Of a DNA stretch of 64,000 bases, positions 12,809 to 24,824 are shown in pieces. A program made the translations under genes and the position numbers. The stretch covers positions 186,001 to 250,000 of the forward strand of contig AP026126.1 of NCBI GenBank assembly GCA_030295235.1, written 5' to 3'. How positions within the stretch are numbered: the first letter of the stretch is position 1; each line of letters begins with the position of its first letter. The notes beneath the pieces were generated by a model that was not told the origin of the DNA, did no database searches, and was given only the letters and a program-made list of their open reading frames with translations. Origin of the DNA: Fistulifera solaris (lineage: Eukaryota).

Positions 12809-13500
12809 ATGATATCCGCTGCTAACATTCTCCTTATTATCCTGGCGAGCTTTCTGGGCGACATTTCGGCTTTTACAATTCCTTCCCCAACGACGGTACA
12901 TTCCGACTTTCGACGAAGTAGGTCACTTGGTGCAACGGGGGATCCTATTCGTGCAGCGACCGGCATTCGACCATCCTTACATCCCGTTACCATCAACGCG
13001 ATTGCCGAGGCGTTACGACAAAGAGCCAAACCGTCCGGTGATCCACTCAGAGGCGTGGCACCGTTGGAAATCGCACAAGCTGCGGGCAAACTCGCGATCG
13101 AGGCGATAGTGCAACGACAAAAACCAGTGCACAAGATGGCATGCAACTAACGCGTGAAGAAGAGCAGACTATTGCGGGTCGTGTTGTCGGTGTGGTGATG
13201 CGGTTTGACGAGCTAGAAGGTGTTTTGAGAGAGAAGTGCCAATCCGTGGGCTGGATTGCCAAATATCAGGAGTGGTCAAGTTTCGGTCTTTTGGCGGAGG
13301 AAAACACGAAAGCTGTGGATGAACAGATATTGACGGATCCTTTGTTTTGCATGAATCGAGCTGAATGTCTTCTGGCCTTGTTCTTATCACGCGTGGAAGT
13401 TCCTTCTCTTTTACAATCCAAACAACACGTACCTGGGGGCTCATCTGTTGATTTCATAGATTCGGATCGACTAGATGTCTTGCTAGATAAATATCAATAG
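12809..13500 (+). CDS. Unknown plastid-targeted protein
   Basis: Signal peptide followed by ISA-F transit motif; ORFs 12809-13150 and 13141-13500 join through one frameshift near 13125-13140. Confidence 0.6.
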
Positions 13501-13672
13501 TAAGTAAAGAATGGCCAAGAATCAAGGCTAAATGCTGCGGCCTTCAGTTTTAGTTTTCTGGTACCGCTACGATTTACTAGTGTGACGTCAGCATCACATA
13601 GGCGCGCAATCGTTGTTTTAATTTTTGACGATGAAAACGACAAACAATGACAGCCCCGCACTTTTCATGACG

Positions 13673-14134
13673 ATGATGCCATTAAAGCAAAATATTTTCT
13701 TTTTTCTCGTTACGCTCTTGTGCGTAGCCAACCGGGTCACTTCTTTTGTTAGCAAAGCCCCGCAACATGAGAGAACGTGTTCTAGCTTGAACATGAACTT
13801 TTTAGAAAATGCCCAAAACTTTCTCAAATCCTTTTCACGACGTGCCGAAGCCTCGCACATTCTCATCAAAGGTGGAGGTGCGGAGACAGAATTCAAGCTA
13901 CAGGACTTAAAGCAAGAAATTGACAATAGCCCGGTCAAATTTGTGGCCGCGGCGGCTCAATATTCTGAGTGTCCGTCTGCCCAGCGTGGTGGCAATTTGG
14001 GTAGCTTCGGACCTGGTGCTATGGTGAAAGAGTTTGATCAAGTTGTGTTCAATGAAGCCGTGGGACAAGTACATGGGCCCATTCGAACACAGTTCGGCTA
14101 TCATTTAATCTACATTCATGAGCGAAGTGACTGA
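13673..14134 (+). CDS. Parvulin (PpiC-type) peptidyl-prolyl cis-trans isomerase, probably plastid-targeted
   Basis: ASHILIK, SECPSAQRGGNLGSFGPGAMVKEFD, GPIRTQFGYHLI; N-terminal signal plus SF motif. Exact ATG uncertain. Confidence 0.92.
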   Translation: MMPLKQNIFFFLVTLLCVANRVTSFVSKAPQHERTCSSLNMNFLENAQNFLKSFSRRAEASHILIKGGGAETEFKLQDLKQEIDNSPVKFVAAAAQYSECPSAQRGGNLGSFGPGAMVKEFDQVVFNEAVGQVHGPIRTQFGYHLIYIHERSD

Positions 14135-14458
14135 TGAGCTTCATCGAAAAATGCTTGCTATGCGATAAACATATTTAACCTTCAACCAACCGATCGCACC
14201 ATGTTTTTAAAAAATTAAGTGCACCATTCTTGTTGTCATGAAAGACTAGAAGAAGTAGTCTTCCATGTTTTTGTTGAAGCTATTGATTCCGACTACAGAG
14301 TACGCCGTTTTTTTTATTCACACTGCCCCCCTAGCTCTGTCTGTCCTCCGCTGCTATTTTATTTCGAGCCGATCAATCAAAATACTCGGAGTAGTGATTT
14401 TACAAGTACATGTACGGACACATTTTTTTGACCACGATATAACGAAGCCAACGCGACC

Positions 14459-15535
14459 ATGACCCGCCCCATACGAGTTTTAGTTATCAGTGGAGGTGGT
14501 GAACGAAAAGCTACGTTGGAAGAACTCTTTGCACAAGATGATCGGTGGGATGTCACCTGGACGGCGGGGATTGCGAGCCGTTCTTTACGAGGAAGGCAAA
14601 GTTGTTTAGAGCACTTGCATCAAGCTGGTCTCCTACCGTCGGAAGAATGGGATGTGATTTCACAAGTACCTCCGAGTGAGCTCTGGGAAACGATGAAACA
14701 AAGGATTCCACTGTCGTCTCCGAACGAAGAGCAGGATAATAAAAGACCGAAAGAACATTACAGTTTCGAGTTTTGGAACAAATCCAAAACGGTCAATAGA
14801 GGAAGATCTGTCTTGGGATGCTTATTGGCACATCTAGTAGCAATGAAGCAGTTTGTTGGAGGCAATTTTGATGTCTTGTTAGAAGACAATGTGCGCTGGA
14901 CGAAAGATGCCGTAGATCAACTGGTAGAGTTATGTCAGAGTGAGGACGTGAGGGCGCAACGAGGCGACTTGCTCTACTACGGCTGGCTAGGAAGTAAGGT
15001 GAATATAGAATGGCTTTTTCAGCATTTTATCACGAATTCAGATGAAGCCGTCGTGCCGTTTCCGACGACACAAGATATTGAACGAACCGTGGGCTTGAAC
15101 AATAGCGACAAACAACATCCGGGCGGTACACCCCTGTGGGGTATGTATGCCTACTGGATCTCCAAGCAAGGGTATGAAGCGATCATGGAGGTTCTTCGAC
15201 GGGATATTGGGTCAATGTTATGGAAAGGCAAACGAATGAGATATTACTCCGTCAAACCAGCAGACAAGATTTTTCCAAGAAGTTTACAAAAGCACAATTT
15301 GGATGTGCGAATCGTCACCCGACCCCTCTTTTTTCGTGCTCCTATGCTGTACAGTCGGATACACCCACAATGGGATGCTCTCTTTTGCGAAAGTACCACC
15401 GTTCAATTAAATGGCAGTGGTCGCGATTGGTTCGATCTTTTGTTAACTCCTCGTGAAATGAACGTTGTCGATTTATACAAGGAAACTGGCGAATGGAAAC
15501 GTTTAGAAGATGAAGAGCCACAAGACGAAGATTAG
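14459..15535 (+). CDS. Glycosyltransferase family 25-like protein
   Basis: GCLLAH, VLLEDN, WGMYAYWISKQG and PAD match the GT25 motif order. Confidence 0.6.
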   Translation: MTRPIRVLVISGGGERKATLEELFAQDDRWDVTWTAGIASRSLRGRQSCLEHLHQAGLLPSEEWDVISQVPPSELWETMKQRIPLSSPNEEQDNKRPKEHYSFEFWNKSKTVNRGRSVLGCLLAHLVAMKQFVGGNFDVLLEDNVRWTKDAVDQLVELCQSEDVRAQRGDLLYYGWLGSKVNIEWLFQHFITNSDEAVVPFPTTQDIERTVGLNNSDKQHPGGTPLWGMYAYWISKQGYEAIMEVLRRDIGSMLWKGKRMRYYSVKPADKIFPRSLQKHNLDVRIVTRPLFFRAPMLYSRIHPQWDALFCESTTVQLNGSGRDWFDLLLTPREMNVVDLYKETGEWKRLEDEEPQDED

Positions 15536-15571
15536 TTATGCAACGGAAATTTGCTTATGGTTTCAGTCTAC

Positions 15572-17023
15572 CTATTCAGTATTTGGTTGATGACGGCTTT
15601 CGAGTACATTCCATCCTGTAAACTGATCCGCGAGATCTTGCCAACAAGCCATGTAATCTGTATCCAACTGTGTCTCCTCCAATGGCGCAACTTGCAAAGA
15701 CAAGCTCGTCTCAAACATGAAAGCCAGCCCGCCCTCGAATTTAGCTGGAGTTTTGCATTCGTCTTGGACCGCCTTGTCGTACGATTCTCGATCCGGGCCG
15801 TGGGGTGTCATGCAATTATGCAACGAAGCGCCACCCGGCTGAAAACCCGCTTTGGCGTCATACGATCCAGAAATTAAACCCATAAACTCGGACATGGTGT
15901 TGCGATGAAACCACGGAGGGCGAAACGTGTTTTCGTCGGTTGCCATTATGCGTGGAGGGAAAATTACAAAGTCTGCCAGAGCAGTTCCTGTATGGTCACT
16001 GGGACACGTTAAAACTGTGTAGATACTGGGATCTAAATGATCGTATGTGACCGAGTTGATTGCGCAAAACTTGGTCAAGTCATCTGTAACGCAAAAAAAG
16101 GCTGGTGTTAGACTAGTTTTTTTTTCTCGCGCAGATCATCTAATTTCGAGAATGAACATACATTTGTATGGCAAATAGTTTCCGTGCCATGCCACAACAT
16201 TGAATGGAGAATGATCTGATTGCTTCATGTACAGTTTGGAATGTATCTTGCAATAAATTGTCGATGGCCGACGGTAGTCCTCTCTGGATAACACACAGTG
16301 AGCTATGGGGTAGTGAAAGTCACGTGCATTCGCCAAACCGTTCGACCCGATCGGCCCAAGTTCCGGTAATTGAAAGCCTCCATTGTACACCTCCAAAACG
16401 TATCCGCGAGAAGCACTGTTTAAATCCACGTTAAAAACGAAACCACGGGGAATGACAATAATTTCATTGGGTTGCACTTGGAATCGACCGACTTCAGTTT
16501 GAATCCGTAGCTCGCCATGTTGAGGAACAATTAGAAAATCTCCGTCGCTATTATAGAAATTGGTATCATCCATGCCTTTTCCGCATATATATATATAGAT
16601 AGCCAAGCCATTCTTGGTGATAGGATCCCCCGCCGCGCACATTAGTTTCATCCCAGTAAGGAACGTATGCTGATCGGCTTGCTCCATAGATGCCGGTTTC
16701 CACCGCAGCGGATCCACTTGTGCATGGCACTCCGAAGGAGCTATCCCGCCGAAAAAATGACCCGTGTCTTCTGCAGCGGATACAACGACACTGGGTTGAA
16801 TTCGGTACAACCAAACTCGACGATTTTCTGCTCGGGGTGCGGTAAAGGCCGTTCCTGACAATTGTTCTGTGTAGAGTTGAAACGGAACCAATCGAGGATT
16901 GTTTCGTCCTGTGGGCAAAGCACCAGGAACGCATTCACTCTCAAAGGAATTTCCAAATCCAGTTTGATACGAAATCCCATCTTGTTCAATGATGGTACCG
17001 CGTCGCGACAATGGATTGCTCAT
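15572..17023 (-). CDS. HGD: Homogentisate 1,2-dioxygenase
   Basis: [73 protein letters not shown]. Intron at 16161-16084. Confidence 0.96.
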
Positions 17024-17395
17024 TCGTTTGGTTTGGACGAAATTGTACTCCGGTCGTCGTGAAATGTTTGAAGTTTTTTTTGCTCGATATATCTTTGAGA
17101 AAGAAAAACAAAACGCGTTAATCTGTCTAAAGTGATACCCCGGTATTGCCTCTTTTTCTTGCAAACGTTGTTGGAAAGATCAAGTGTTGTGGATGAAAGC
17201 ATTCTGACAGCCCGAACACATCCATCATCCATCATCATGGTTGAAGGCTTCTCTCATCGAACTTATTCCCCCTGGAGATACAGACAACGCCAGAGTGACG
17301 TCATGTACGTAAAGCACAATAGGTCGCCGTTTTCGTTCGAGGTAGAATTAATGAACTATGTACTTGTAGTTATTGACTAACAACACCTGTTTACA

Positions 17396-18051
17396 TTAAA
17401 ATCGACTATCCAACTCTTTCCAAATATAACTGACCACTTCCTGCAAACAAAACGACAAACTTTGCGCTAATTGAAGACGCGTGCAACCATTTCCGTTCCG
17501 ACGTTTGATATGGTTAGGATTGAAAAAATTCAAATGATGGATGGTTTTGAGAGCGGCGCTATGGATGACTGCCGTATGTAACGGCGTGTTTCCGTGTCGA
17601 TTGACCAGTGTTGCTACACTGGGTCGCTGTAAAAGCATCATGTCTACCGAAACGGTATCGTTTGGTTGGTGTCGTAGCAAAATGTGTAAGGAAGTCAGAT
17701 TCGAATGCTCTTGCTATCGAATGGCAAGGGCATCAAAGGTAGTGAGCATTTCTGGAGCTGCTGTGGCAAGAAGTTTAATCACTTTTTGGTGACTGGTTCC
17801 ATTCCTTCTTTTTGGAGTATTTTCATGAATGCCTCGGAAGGTGCTCCAAATACAGAGGCCACATGTAGACTCATATTTTTATTGGAGTCGATGGGGATGC
17901 TCGTTTGCTTGGTGCGTGCCAACTCTTTCAAAGACTCGAAAGGTAAAACCCGTTTCTTCAAGGGAAGTGAGGTATTTGACAGTCCAATATGGGACATGCT
18001 ATTCATCGATACGAATCGAGTCTGCGTTGTTGAAAGATCACCTTGTGTCAT
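17396..18051 (-). pseudogene. Degenerate ankyrin-repeat gene
   Basis: Ankyrin motifs SLHVA..FGAP, TSLHIL and GNTPLHTAV, interrupted by a frameshift near 17800 and an in-frame TAG near 17715. Confidence 0.55.
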
Positions 18052-18521
18052 GGTCGAACGGAGTCCATCATCTGTGTCTCACCCACTACTCTCTCTCATT
18101 ACTCATCAATCGTCACTCATCACTCATCACATGACCGATGATTGCGTAAATGAGTGACGAGTCACGTAGATGTGCTACAAACCTTTTTGGAAGAGCGACG
18201 TTGATCAAACACGAGTGATGAACGAGACCGAGTGCCAATGGTGATGATGATCATCCCTTGTCATTGAACATTGAGCAGTCAGCATACTCCGTACATCGAG
18301 TCCAGACGAAAAGTCCCGGGGTTTCCGATTCCCGAGCTGGCAATGTCAAGCTGTCAACATCGTTACACTTCGTTTTTACGGATCAGATAGCAGCGACGTC
18401 GGAATTCGGAAAAGGTGCGCGATAAAACTCGATGCTTTAAGCGACTCCTCATTCACGTTAGAAAAACTCCTAGAAACGCAATCAAAGACAATGATCGTTC
18501 AATACAGAAACAAGCTCTTAA

Positions 18522-18892
18522 TTAATACAACTTCATCAGGTCGTCTATGCGGATCTTGCAGTCGAGCAACATCGTTCTGGTTCCACCTTTGCGAAAGAGT
18601 GTTGGACGTCCAGTAATTGAAGGCGACGGTGCACATTCTTTTGCAGCTGTCGTGCTTCTGTTAAATGTTCCAGCCCTAAAAACGTTTGCCCTTTCGATTC
18701 GTGGAATTTTCCAATGCGTTTGAGCTCCAGTAAAGTATGGCACACTCGAAGGATTTTGTCGTAATCCGATTTCGTGTACCAAACATCGTGCTTGTATTGG
18801 GAAGGTACTTTTTGAACCGCGTGCACGCGCACTGTTTGGTCAAATGTGACCGAGGGTCTTGATGAACGACGTGTTGATGCAGACATCGACAT
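18522..18892 (-). CDS. Small hypothetical protein of an expanded diatom family (VTF...VWYT..DY...GLE)
   Basis: SVTFDQTVRVH...DVWYTKSDY...FLGLEH; C-terminus possibly frameshifted. Confidence 0.55.
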
Positions 18893-19406
18893 TATGAAAA
18901 TGAATAGCTATGAATTTGATTTGCTTCGGATGGTGAGTGTGTGTGAGACCGTTTATTTTTTGGAGAGCAAGTCGAAGGATTGAGAAGTGAGAAGAGAGCA
19001 GGGTTTTCTTGTTTGGATTCTCATCTGTGTCCAGGCCGCATTCTTTGTTATCCTCGCGGGCAACGCGAGAGAAAAGTCGTGTTTAACGCAAAGCTTTTAC
19101 TGGTAGGTTTTTGAATTGAAAGAAGTGACACTTTCGGAAGCTTTTTCCAAGTTCTGTGTTCTTCCGCTTATAAACATTATACAAAAACCATTGTTGATTT
19201 TGACATTCGAGTCCCGGAAGTTTGGATCCCGAGCAGTTGATCATCTTTAAAAAACCTGCCGGCGCGAAATCGAGGAGTCAGCAATGACATGTGCTCGCAC
19301 ACGACATTTCGCTCGAGCTCGACTGGACGAGCAATTTAGAGAACGCATGGGTTGTCATTGGAGGAAATATCTTTAGTATTGCTGATCGATCCCTTTTCGC
19401 TCAACG

Positions 19407-20744
19407 ATGGTATCCAGCTCCAGCAAATCAAACAACGACTGGTCGAGTGGGAAGGGACTGCTTCCTGGGCGCGAAGTTCTCGGTCCGTTGATACTCATGG
19501 CGAGTACGCCGTGCGTGAGCATCATTTTCTTTCACGTTTGTGCGAATATGCAAGGAAACTTTATTGCATTTGCCAGTACTTGTATGGAAAAGGGTTTCTT
19601 TTCCTTTCTCAACGAGATCTGGCCGAATCCTTGGAATCCTATCGTTTGGAAATGGATTTTGACCTTCTTTGCGTTCCAGTTGTTTTTGATGAAAGCGGTT
19701 CCTGGAAAGACATTCGAGGGCAATTTAACGCCCACGGGGCACCGTCCCGTCTATACAGCCAACGGTACGGCTTGTTACCTAATTACATTACTCAGCATTC
19801 TCTTGCTGGGCTACACGGGTGCTTGGAATCCTGCTCAAGTTTATGATCACTTTGGAGAAATTCTCAGCAGCATGAATATCTTTGCTTGGTGTTTCTGCAC
19901 TATGCTTCTCATCAAAGGATACGTGGCTCCCAGTTCGACTGACGGTGGAACCACGGGTATTCTGGTGCAGGATTTCTTTTGGGGCATGGAATTGTATCCT
20001 CGCATCCTTGGTTGGGATGTGAAACTCTTCACGAATTGCCGAGCGGGGATGATGTTTTGGGCGGTTGGTATTCTGTGTTTTGCCTACAAGAATCACGAAC
20101 TGTACGGGCTGCAAGCTGGTATGGCTGTATCCGTAGCACTTCAGCTAGTTTACATTTCCAAGTTCTATCACTGGGAGATGGGATACATGTGCAGCATGGA
20201 TATTCAACACGATCGGGCCGGATATTACATTTGTTGGGGATGCCTTGTGTGGGTTCCTGCTGTCTACACAAGTCAGGCGTTCTACCTGACGAAAAATGCA
20301 CCGGACTTGAGTATCGGGGCAGCGCTGGCGATTTTCCTGGCTGGTTGGCTTTGTATTTTCATTAACTATGATTCCGACCAACAGCGTTTCTTGTTTCGAC
20401 AAACCAACGGACATTGCAAGATTTGGGGCAAAGTTCCGGACAAGATTGTTGCCAAGTACAAAACTTCGAGCGGTCAAACACGTGAATCGCTCTTACTTGT
20501 TGATGGCTGGTGGAAATTGTCGCGCCATTTTCATTACGTCCCCGAGATTCTGGCCTCGTTCTTTTGGTCGGTCTCAGCGTTGAACAGTGGTTTCGTCGGC
20601 CCTTACTTTTACACCATTTATTTGACAATCCTTTTGACCGATCGAGCCTTTCGTGACGATGACCGTTGCCGCAAAAAGTACGGTCGTCATTGGGAGGAAT
20701 ATTGTAAACAAGTTCCTTATAAGATTGTGCCGGGGGTCATCTAA
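19407..20744 (+). CDS. DHCR7: 7-dehydrocholesterol (sterol delta-7) reductase, ERG4/ERG24 family
   Basis: FFWGMELYPR, TNCRAGMM.W, MDIQHDRAGYYICWGCLVWVP, LLVDGWWKLSRHFHY, RDDDRCRKKYG..W..YC..VPY; intact 445-aa multi-TM ORF. Confidence 0.92.
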   Translation: MVSSSSKSNNDWSSGKGLLPGREVLGPLILMASTPCVSIIFFHVCANMQGNFIAFASTCMEKGFFSFLNEIWPNPWNPIVWKWILTFFAFQLFLMKAVPGKTFEGNLTPTGHRPVYTANGTACYLITLLSILLLGYTGAWNPAQVYDHFGEILSSMNIFAWCFCTMLLIKGYVAPSSTDGGTTGILVQDFFWGMELYPRILGWDVKLFTNCRAGMMFWAVGILCFAYKNHELYGLQAGMAVSVALQLVYISKFYHWEMGYMCSMDIQHDRAGYYICWGCLVWVPAVYTSQAFYLTKNAPDLSIGAALAIFLAGWLCIFINYDSDQQRFLFRQTNGHCKIWGKVPDKIVAKYKTSSGQTRESLLLVDGWWKLSRHFHYVPEILASFFWSVSALNSGFVGPYFYTIYLTILLTDRAFRDDDRCRKKYGRHWEEYCKQVPYKIVPGVI

Positions 20745-21309
20745 ACTTGATTTACAGTGTGAATCTTTGCAGAACTACATATCAACGAGTTACAAATGTC
20801 CTAGAATGCTAACCAACAGTTCCATTACTTAAAGAGTCTATATACTTGCGGTTCGATTTCTCCCTTTCAGTTCATAGAGATGAGCCTCTTTACCATGAAG
20901 GAGACTAGCAAGCTAGCAAGCGGTTTCACCCTCTAGAAGTTACTCCGTACTACTTTCAAGGCAAGGACTGGTTACGCAGTAAGGTCGTGTCGCGATTTCT
21001 CAATGTCTACACTCTGTGTTACACGAAAGAGTCGCAACGAAAATCTCACACCATAGTAAAATACCCGCACCGGTCATAATGGGGAGCCGATTGATCAAAC
21101 AAAGTCCTCTTGACATTGTTTTTAATTTAATTATACAATTAAGAATAGGCAGTTCCAATGGTTCTTTTACTTTCATCATAGTTGATTGGGTTGTGGAGAA
21201 AGCTTATGATTCGATTCCACCCTTGCTTTTTTTACCGCAGAACATCGACTCACTCGAGAGCTGTATCTTAGACACAGAAGCGTCAAAGTTGTGGATATCG
21301 CATGAGTAG

Positions 21310-24300
21310 CCTTCTATAAATAAAGAAGAGGTACACAGAAAAATCAAAGAAGTCTACGGAGACCATCCCCATAACAACGACGGCACCCATCTCACGGGAG
21401 GAATACCAGCGGACATTGATGCAAAATGGCAAGAATGGTACTACAAATTGGTATCTTACCCATCCCGTAGCTACATGCTGTCTAAATGTGCGACATCAAA
21501 AAGATTCCTAAACCTCCTAGTTGAAGAAATGAAGAATGTCCGAGTGCATAGAACAGCCAACTTTGAACGAGTAATTGTCTTCTGCATTGTCATCCTGGAA
21601 CGATGCCCAACAGTCAAGGGACATAAGAACATCACGAACAGGCTCAATGACCGAATGGACATGTGGGCAAACGAACATTTCGAAGCACTGTTTACGGACA
21701 CTTTGTACACAAAGGCATCGCGCTTCCCGGAAGTGCAAAGAATCGATGGAAGAGCTGGCACGACAATTCGACCTCACATTAAAGTCAGGAAGAACAAAAG
21801 AAGCAATGCAACAGCTCAAAACTACCCATCAAAAAGGCGGTGTACTTGACCCTGATGAAATCGATGAAAAAACAGGACGCAAAGTCATAGACGTGTTAGA
21901 AGAAAAACACCCTGAGATGCGAGTCCCTGACCTTGATCGACCCGGGGGGCACAGTGCTTTTGAACACCATGACAACCTCCCACCAGTGATACCGCCTTCG
22001 AATCTCATCAGATGCCATTGAAACAACGGCTACCAAGCTACACGGAAGTGGAGGACCAAGCGGGATTGATTCTGTCACATTCAAGAATTGGCTTCTTGCT
22101 CATGGCAAAGCATCCTACCTCTCAGAAAAGAAATGGCAGAATGGACGGAATGGATTTCTAATGGTAATCCACCATATGCAGCTATTCGGGCTCTGATGAA
22201 TGCTAGATTGATTGCTCTAGACAAAAAGCCAGGAATTCGGCCTGTTGCGGTTGGCGAAATCTTCCGAAGACTTATGGGTAAACGGTTCTTAAAGTCACAG
22301 GATACACTCGCGACCGTTGTTTGTGGAAATCTTAATCTTTATGGGGTTACCGTCCGAATGGAAGGCGCTGGTTCATGCAATGCACCAGAAATACATCAAG
22401 AAGCGCCAAGCAACAGCAGAAAAACAAATCACTCACTTGGAAGGCCACGATATATACCCTACAGCACTAGAAGTTCAAATGGAAGTTGAAGATACAGAAG
22501 AGATTTATGATTATGATGATTTCCTTGATGACGATCTAATTGAAGAATTTGTATCCGACCCCCGAATTAATGCTTTTGGTTGATGCACGAAATGCATTTA
22601 ATGAAATCAGCCGACTTTCACTTCTCTGGACTGTCCGCCATCTTTGGCCACAAGGATCTCGATTTGCATTCAATTGCTATCGCCATGCTTCAACTCTCTT
22701 CATTCGGAAACAAAATGAATTTGCCATGACGATCCAAAGCAGAGAAGGAGTTGCTCAAGGAGACCCCTTGAGCATGATCCTTTATGGACTAGCTCTTGCT
22801 CCAATTACCCAAACCATTCGCACCGAAGTCGATGACATTGTATCACCTTTCTACCGACGATGCAGCATTTGCAGGTAAAGCTTCCAGTATTGACAAGGCA
22901 ATGCAAATTCTTATGCAACTTGGTCCAGATCGCGGTTACTTCCCAGAACCCGAAAAGAGTATTGTTGTATGCCGTAAATCCGACGAACAAAGCTGCAAGC
23001 TCATTCTCGAGAAATATGGGTTTCAGTACACACGCCGGACATCGATACTTGGGAGGATTTATTGGCTCATCAGTCAAAACGCGACAAGTGGGTAACGGCA
23101 AAAATCAACGAATGGGTAAGCACTCTGACGACACTTTCCGAAGTTGCCAAAAGATACCCCCAAGCCGCCCTATTCAGGATTTTGTCGGTCACTCCAAATG
23201 GAATGGCAATACGTCCAAGGAGTCATTCCTGGAATATCTCATCTCTTTGCACCCCTTGAGAAATGCATCCAGAAGAAATTCCTCCCGGCACTACTTGGCG
23301 AAGATCAGCCGATCACGGGTGACTTGCGGGAAATTCTCTCTCTCAGCACAAAAGCAGCGGGGATTGGCATTTGGAACCCGGTAAAGACATGCGAACACAA
23401 CTTCTCTACCTCACAAGAAATCACGAAACTCATCTCAAACAGTTTATACAGCAACACAGAATTAAACGTTGGAGAGCATCTTTCACATGCCACAGTAGAG
23501 AAAAACAGTGCCGCAAAAATCCGATTTCAAAACGAAATTCAAACGCTTGACAAAATCTGTATTGGAAGACCAGATGAAAGGCGAAGACTTCTTCGAGCAA
23601 AATCGACAGGAATTTGGCTCTCGGTGCGTCCACAGACATTCACGGACACCCAACTCTCAAAAGACGAATTCCGTGACAGTCTACTTAATTCGCTCGGGAC
23701 TCCCAATTCTTGATATCCCCAAGAAGTGTGATGGATGCAATAAACCGTTTACAGTCGAACATGCATAACAATGCAAAAACGGTGGACTTGTTATCCAGAG
23801 ACACGATGATCTGAAAGCGGAATTCATGTCTCTTTGCACGCAAGCCTTTGGACCCAAATCTGTTCAGCGATGAGCCTACCATTCACACATTTGGCAACAG
23901 CAACAACAGTACACAGGTTCAAGAGCTTCGAGGAGATGTTTCGGCCTATGGCTTTTGGAATGAGAGACGAACGACCATTTTCGATGTCCGAGTTACTGAT
24001 ACCGACGCACCGTCATACAGAAACCGTGACCCGATTAAGGTTCTGGCTTCTCAAGAGCGTGAAAAGCGTAGCATGTACGGACCCCCTTGCCACGAACGCA
24101 GACGAGACTTCACTCCCCTGGTCTTTTCCATTGACGGAATGATGGGACAACAGGCTATTTCAGCATTGAGACAGCTTGCAAGAAAACTTCAGCGGAAGTG
24201 GAACAAGCCATACTCCGAGATCTGTGGCTTCATCCGGGCGCGCATGAGTCTTTCCCTGGTCAGGTCAGTTAGTATGCTTCTGCGAAATCCAAGAGAAGGA

Positions 24301-24506
24301 ATGCCAAAACGGAATCCCCCTCATTGGGAAACGGGCTCGGGACTGGCCCTCTACTAGCGCACTAAGGCTAGAGAGTTAGAACCAAAGCTTACTCAGGGAA
24401 GTGTCAGACTGAAATATATGTGAATGAAAAGTGGAAAATTCAGTCGAATGTCAAGATTAGATTCTGACGATTAAAAAATTAGGAATAAATATCAGTATAA
24501 AAAAAA
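21310..24506 (+). mobile_element. Non-LTR retrotransposon with C-terminal restriction-like endonuclease (CRE-like clade), fragmented by frameshifts
   Basis: RT motifs LDKKPGIRPVAVGE, LVDARNAFN, GVAQGDPLSM, FYxDD, GYFPEPEKS, RYLGGFIG; CCHC CDGC...EHA..C followed by RHD; endonuclease RGDV...FDVRV...EKR..Y...FTPLVFS. Stop at 24357, AATAAA at 24484, A8 at 24499-24506. Both boundaries approximate. Confidence 0.9.
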
Positions 24507-24824
24507 TAATAGCTATCAAGTGGTCCAATTTCCACAATTTTGGAGGTCTCTGACAAAAGTATTTTGCCGTGGAGGTCGATTGATGAAGAGATGTTTCGAC
24601 TATACAATATAATGTAGTTTCGTTGGAACATGTACTATTTGAACGAGACGACCTTTGCAAAAATAACCAGCCCTTTAATAGTAGATGACGACAAGGCTTC
24701 ATCATTACAAAGTATCGACAAATTAAAAAAAAGAGAGACCAATGAACAGCAAAACAGCTATCTGCAAAACATAAACACATTTAACTTGCAAAATAACGAC
24801 CCATCAAAAAGTGGAAACGGTAAA

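Noticed and set aside
13583..17303. TGACGTCA bZIP-like sites upstream of the parvulin and HGD genes
   Set aside because: Two 8-mers in 64 kb are near chance expectation.
18110..18160. 11-bp inverted repeat TCGTCACTCAT/ATGAGTGACGA
   Set aside because: Lies in low-complexity TCA-rich sequence; no TSD or other support.
20845..20870. GGTTCGATT as a tRNA T-loop
   Set aside because: No cloverleaf stems or A-box could be built.
24507..24560. snRNA or SL RNA target next to the retrotransposon (AATTTTGG, Sm-like)
   Set aside because: No other U1, U2, U4, U5 or SL features around it.
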